DNA of 64,000 bases from Octopus vulgaris (Eukaryota), in the NCBI GenBank assembly GCA_951406725.2, contig OX597816.1, positions 112,592,001 to 112,656,000 on the forward strand, given 5' to 3'. Numbering within the stretch: position 1 is the first letter of the stretch; every line of letters starts with the position of its first letter. The translations under genes were made by a program, and so were the position numbers. Under the pieces are notes generated by a model, which was given only the letters and a program-made list of their open reading frames with translations, was not told the origin of the DNA and ran no database searches. Positions 63,951 to 64,000 of this stretch are shown piece after piece.

Positions 63951-64000
63951 AATTTACATGCTGAAATAGGATAGCATAGATAAACAGTAAGACATTGGTA

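Overview
AT-rich, microsatellite-rich animal genomic DNA. The repeat families look like those of octopus/coleoid cephalopods; this taxon call is an inference. The only long intact ORF is a CR1/L2-group LINE ORF2 (APE endonuclease plus RT, 1-2985, one 1-bp frameshift), followed by a 100-N gap. No intact host protein gene is visible. The rest holds many tRNA-derived SINEs, RTE-LINE relics, piggyBac-type and mariner-type MITEs, a mariner relic, Penelope-like ends with hammerhead-like motifs and a tRNA-Lys(CTT) pseudogene. Manual translation across stops and frameshifts suggests the apparently unique DNA between repeats is a gene graveyard. It holds roughly two dozen heavily decayed, apparently intronless extracellular leucine-rich-repeat (LRR) gene remnants (signal peptide, LRRNT, LRRs, LRRCT, sometimes TM) every 1.5-3 kb, several in head-to-head pairs. 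It also holds a fossil NIDO-AMOP-(VWD)-EGF-TM (MUC4/mucin-like) gene with tiny introns at about 9.7-17.8 kb. These fossil calls rest on by-eye motif matching, have approximate boundaries and need frameshift-aware HMM confirmation.
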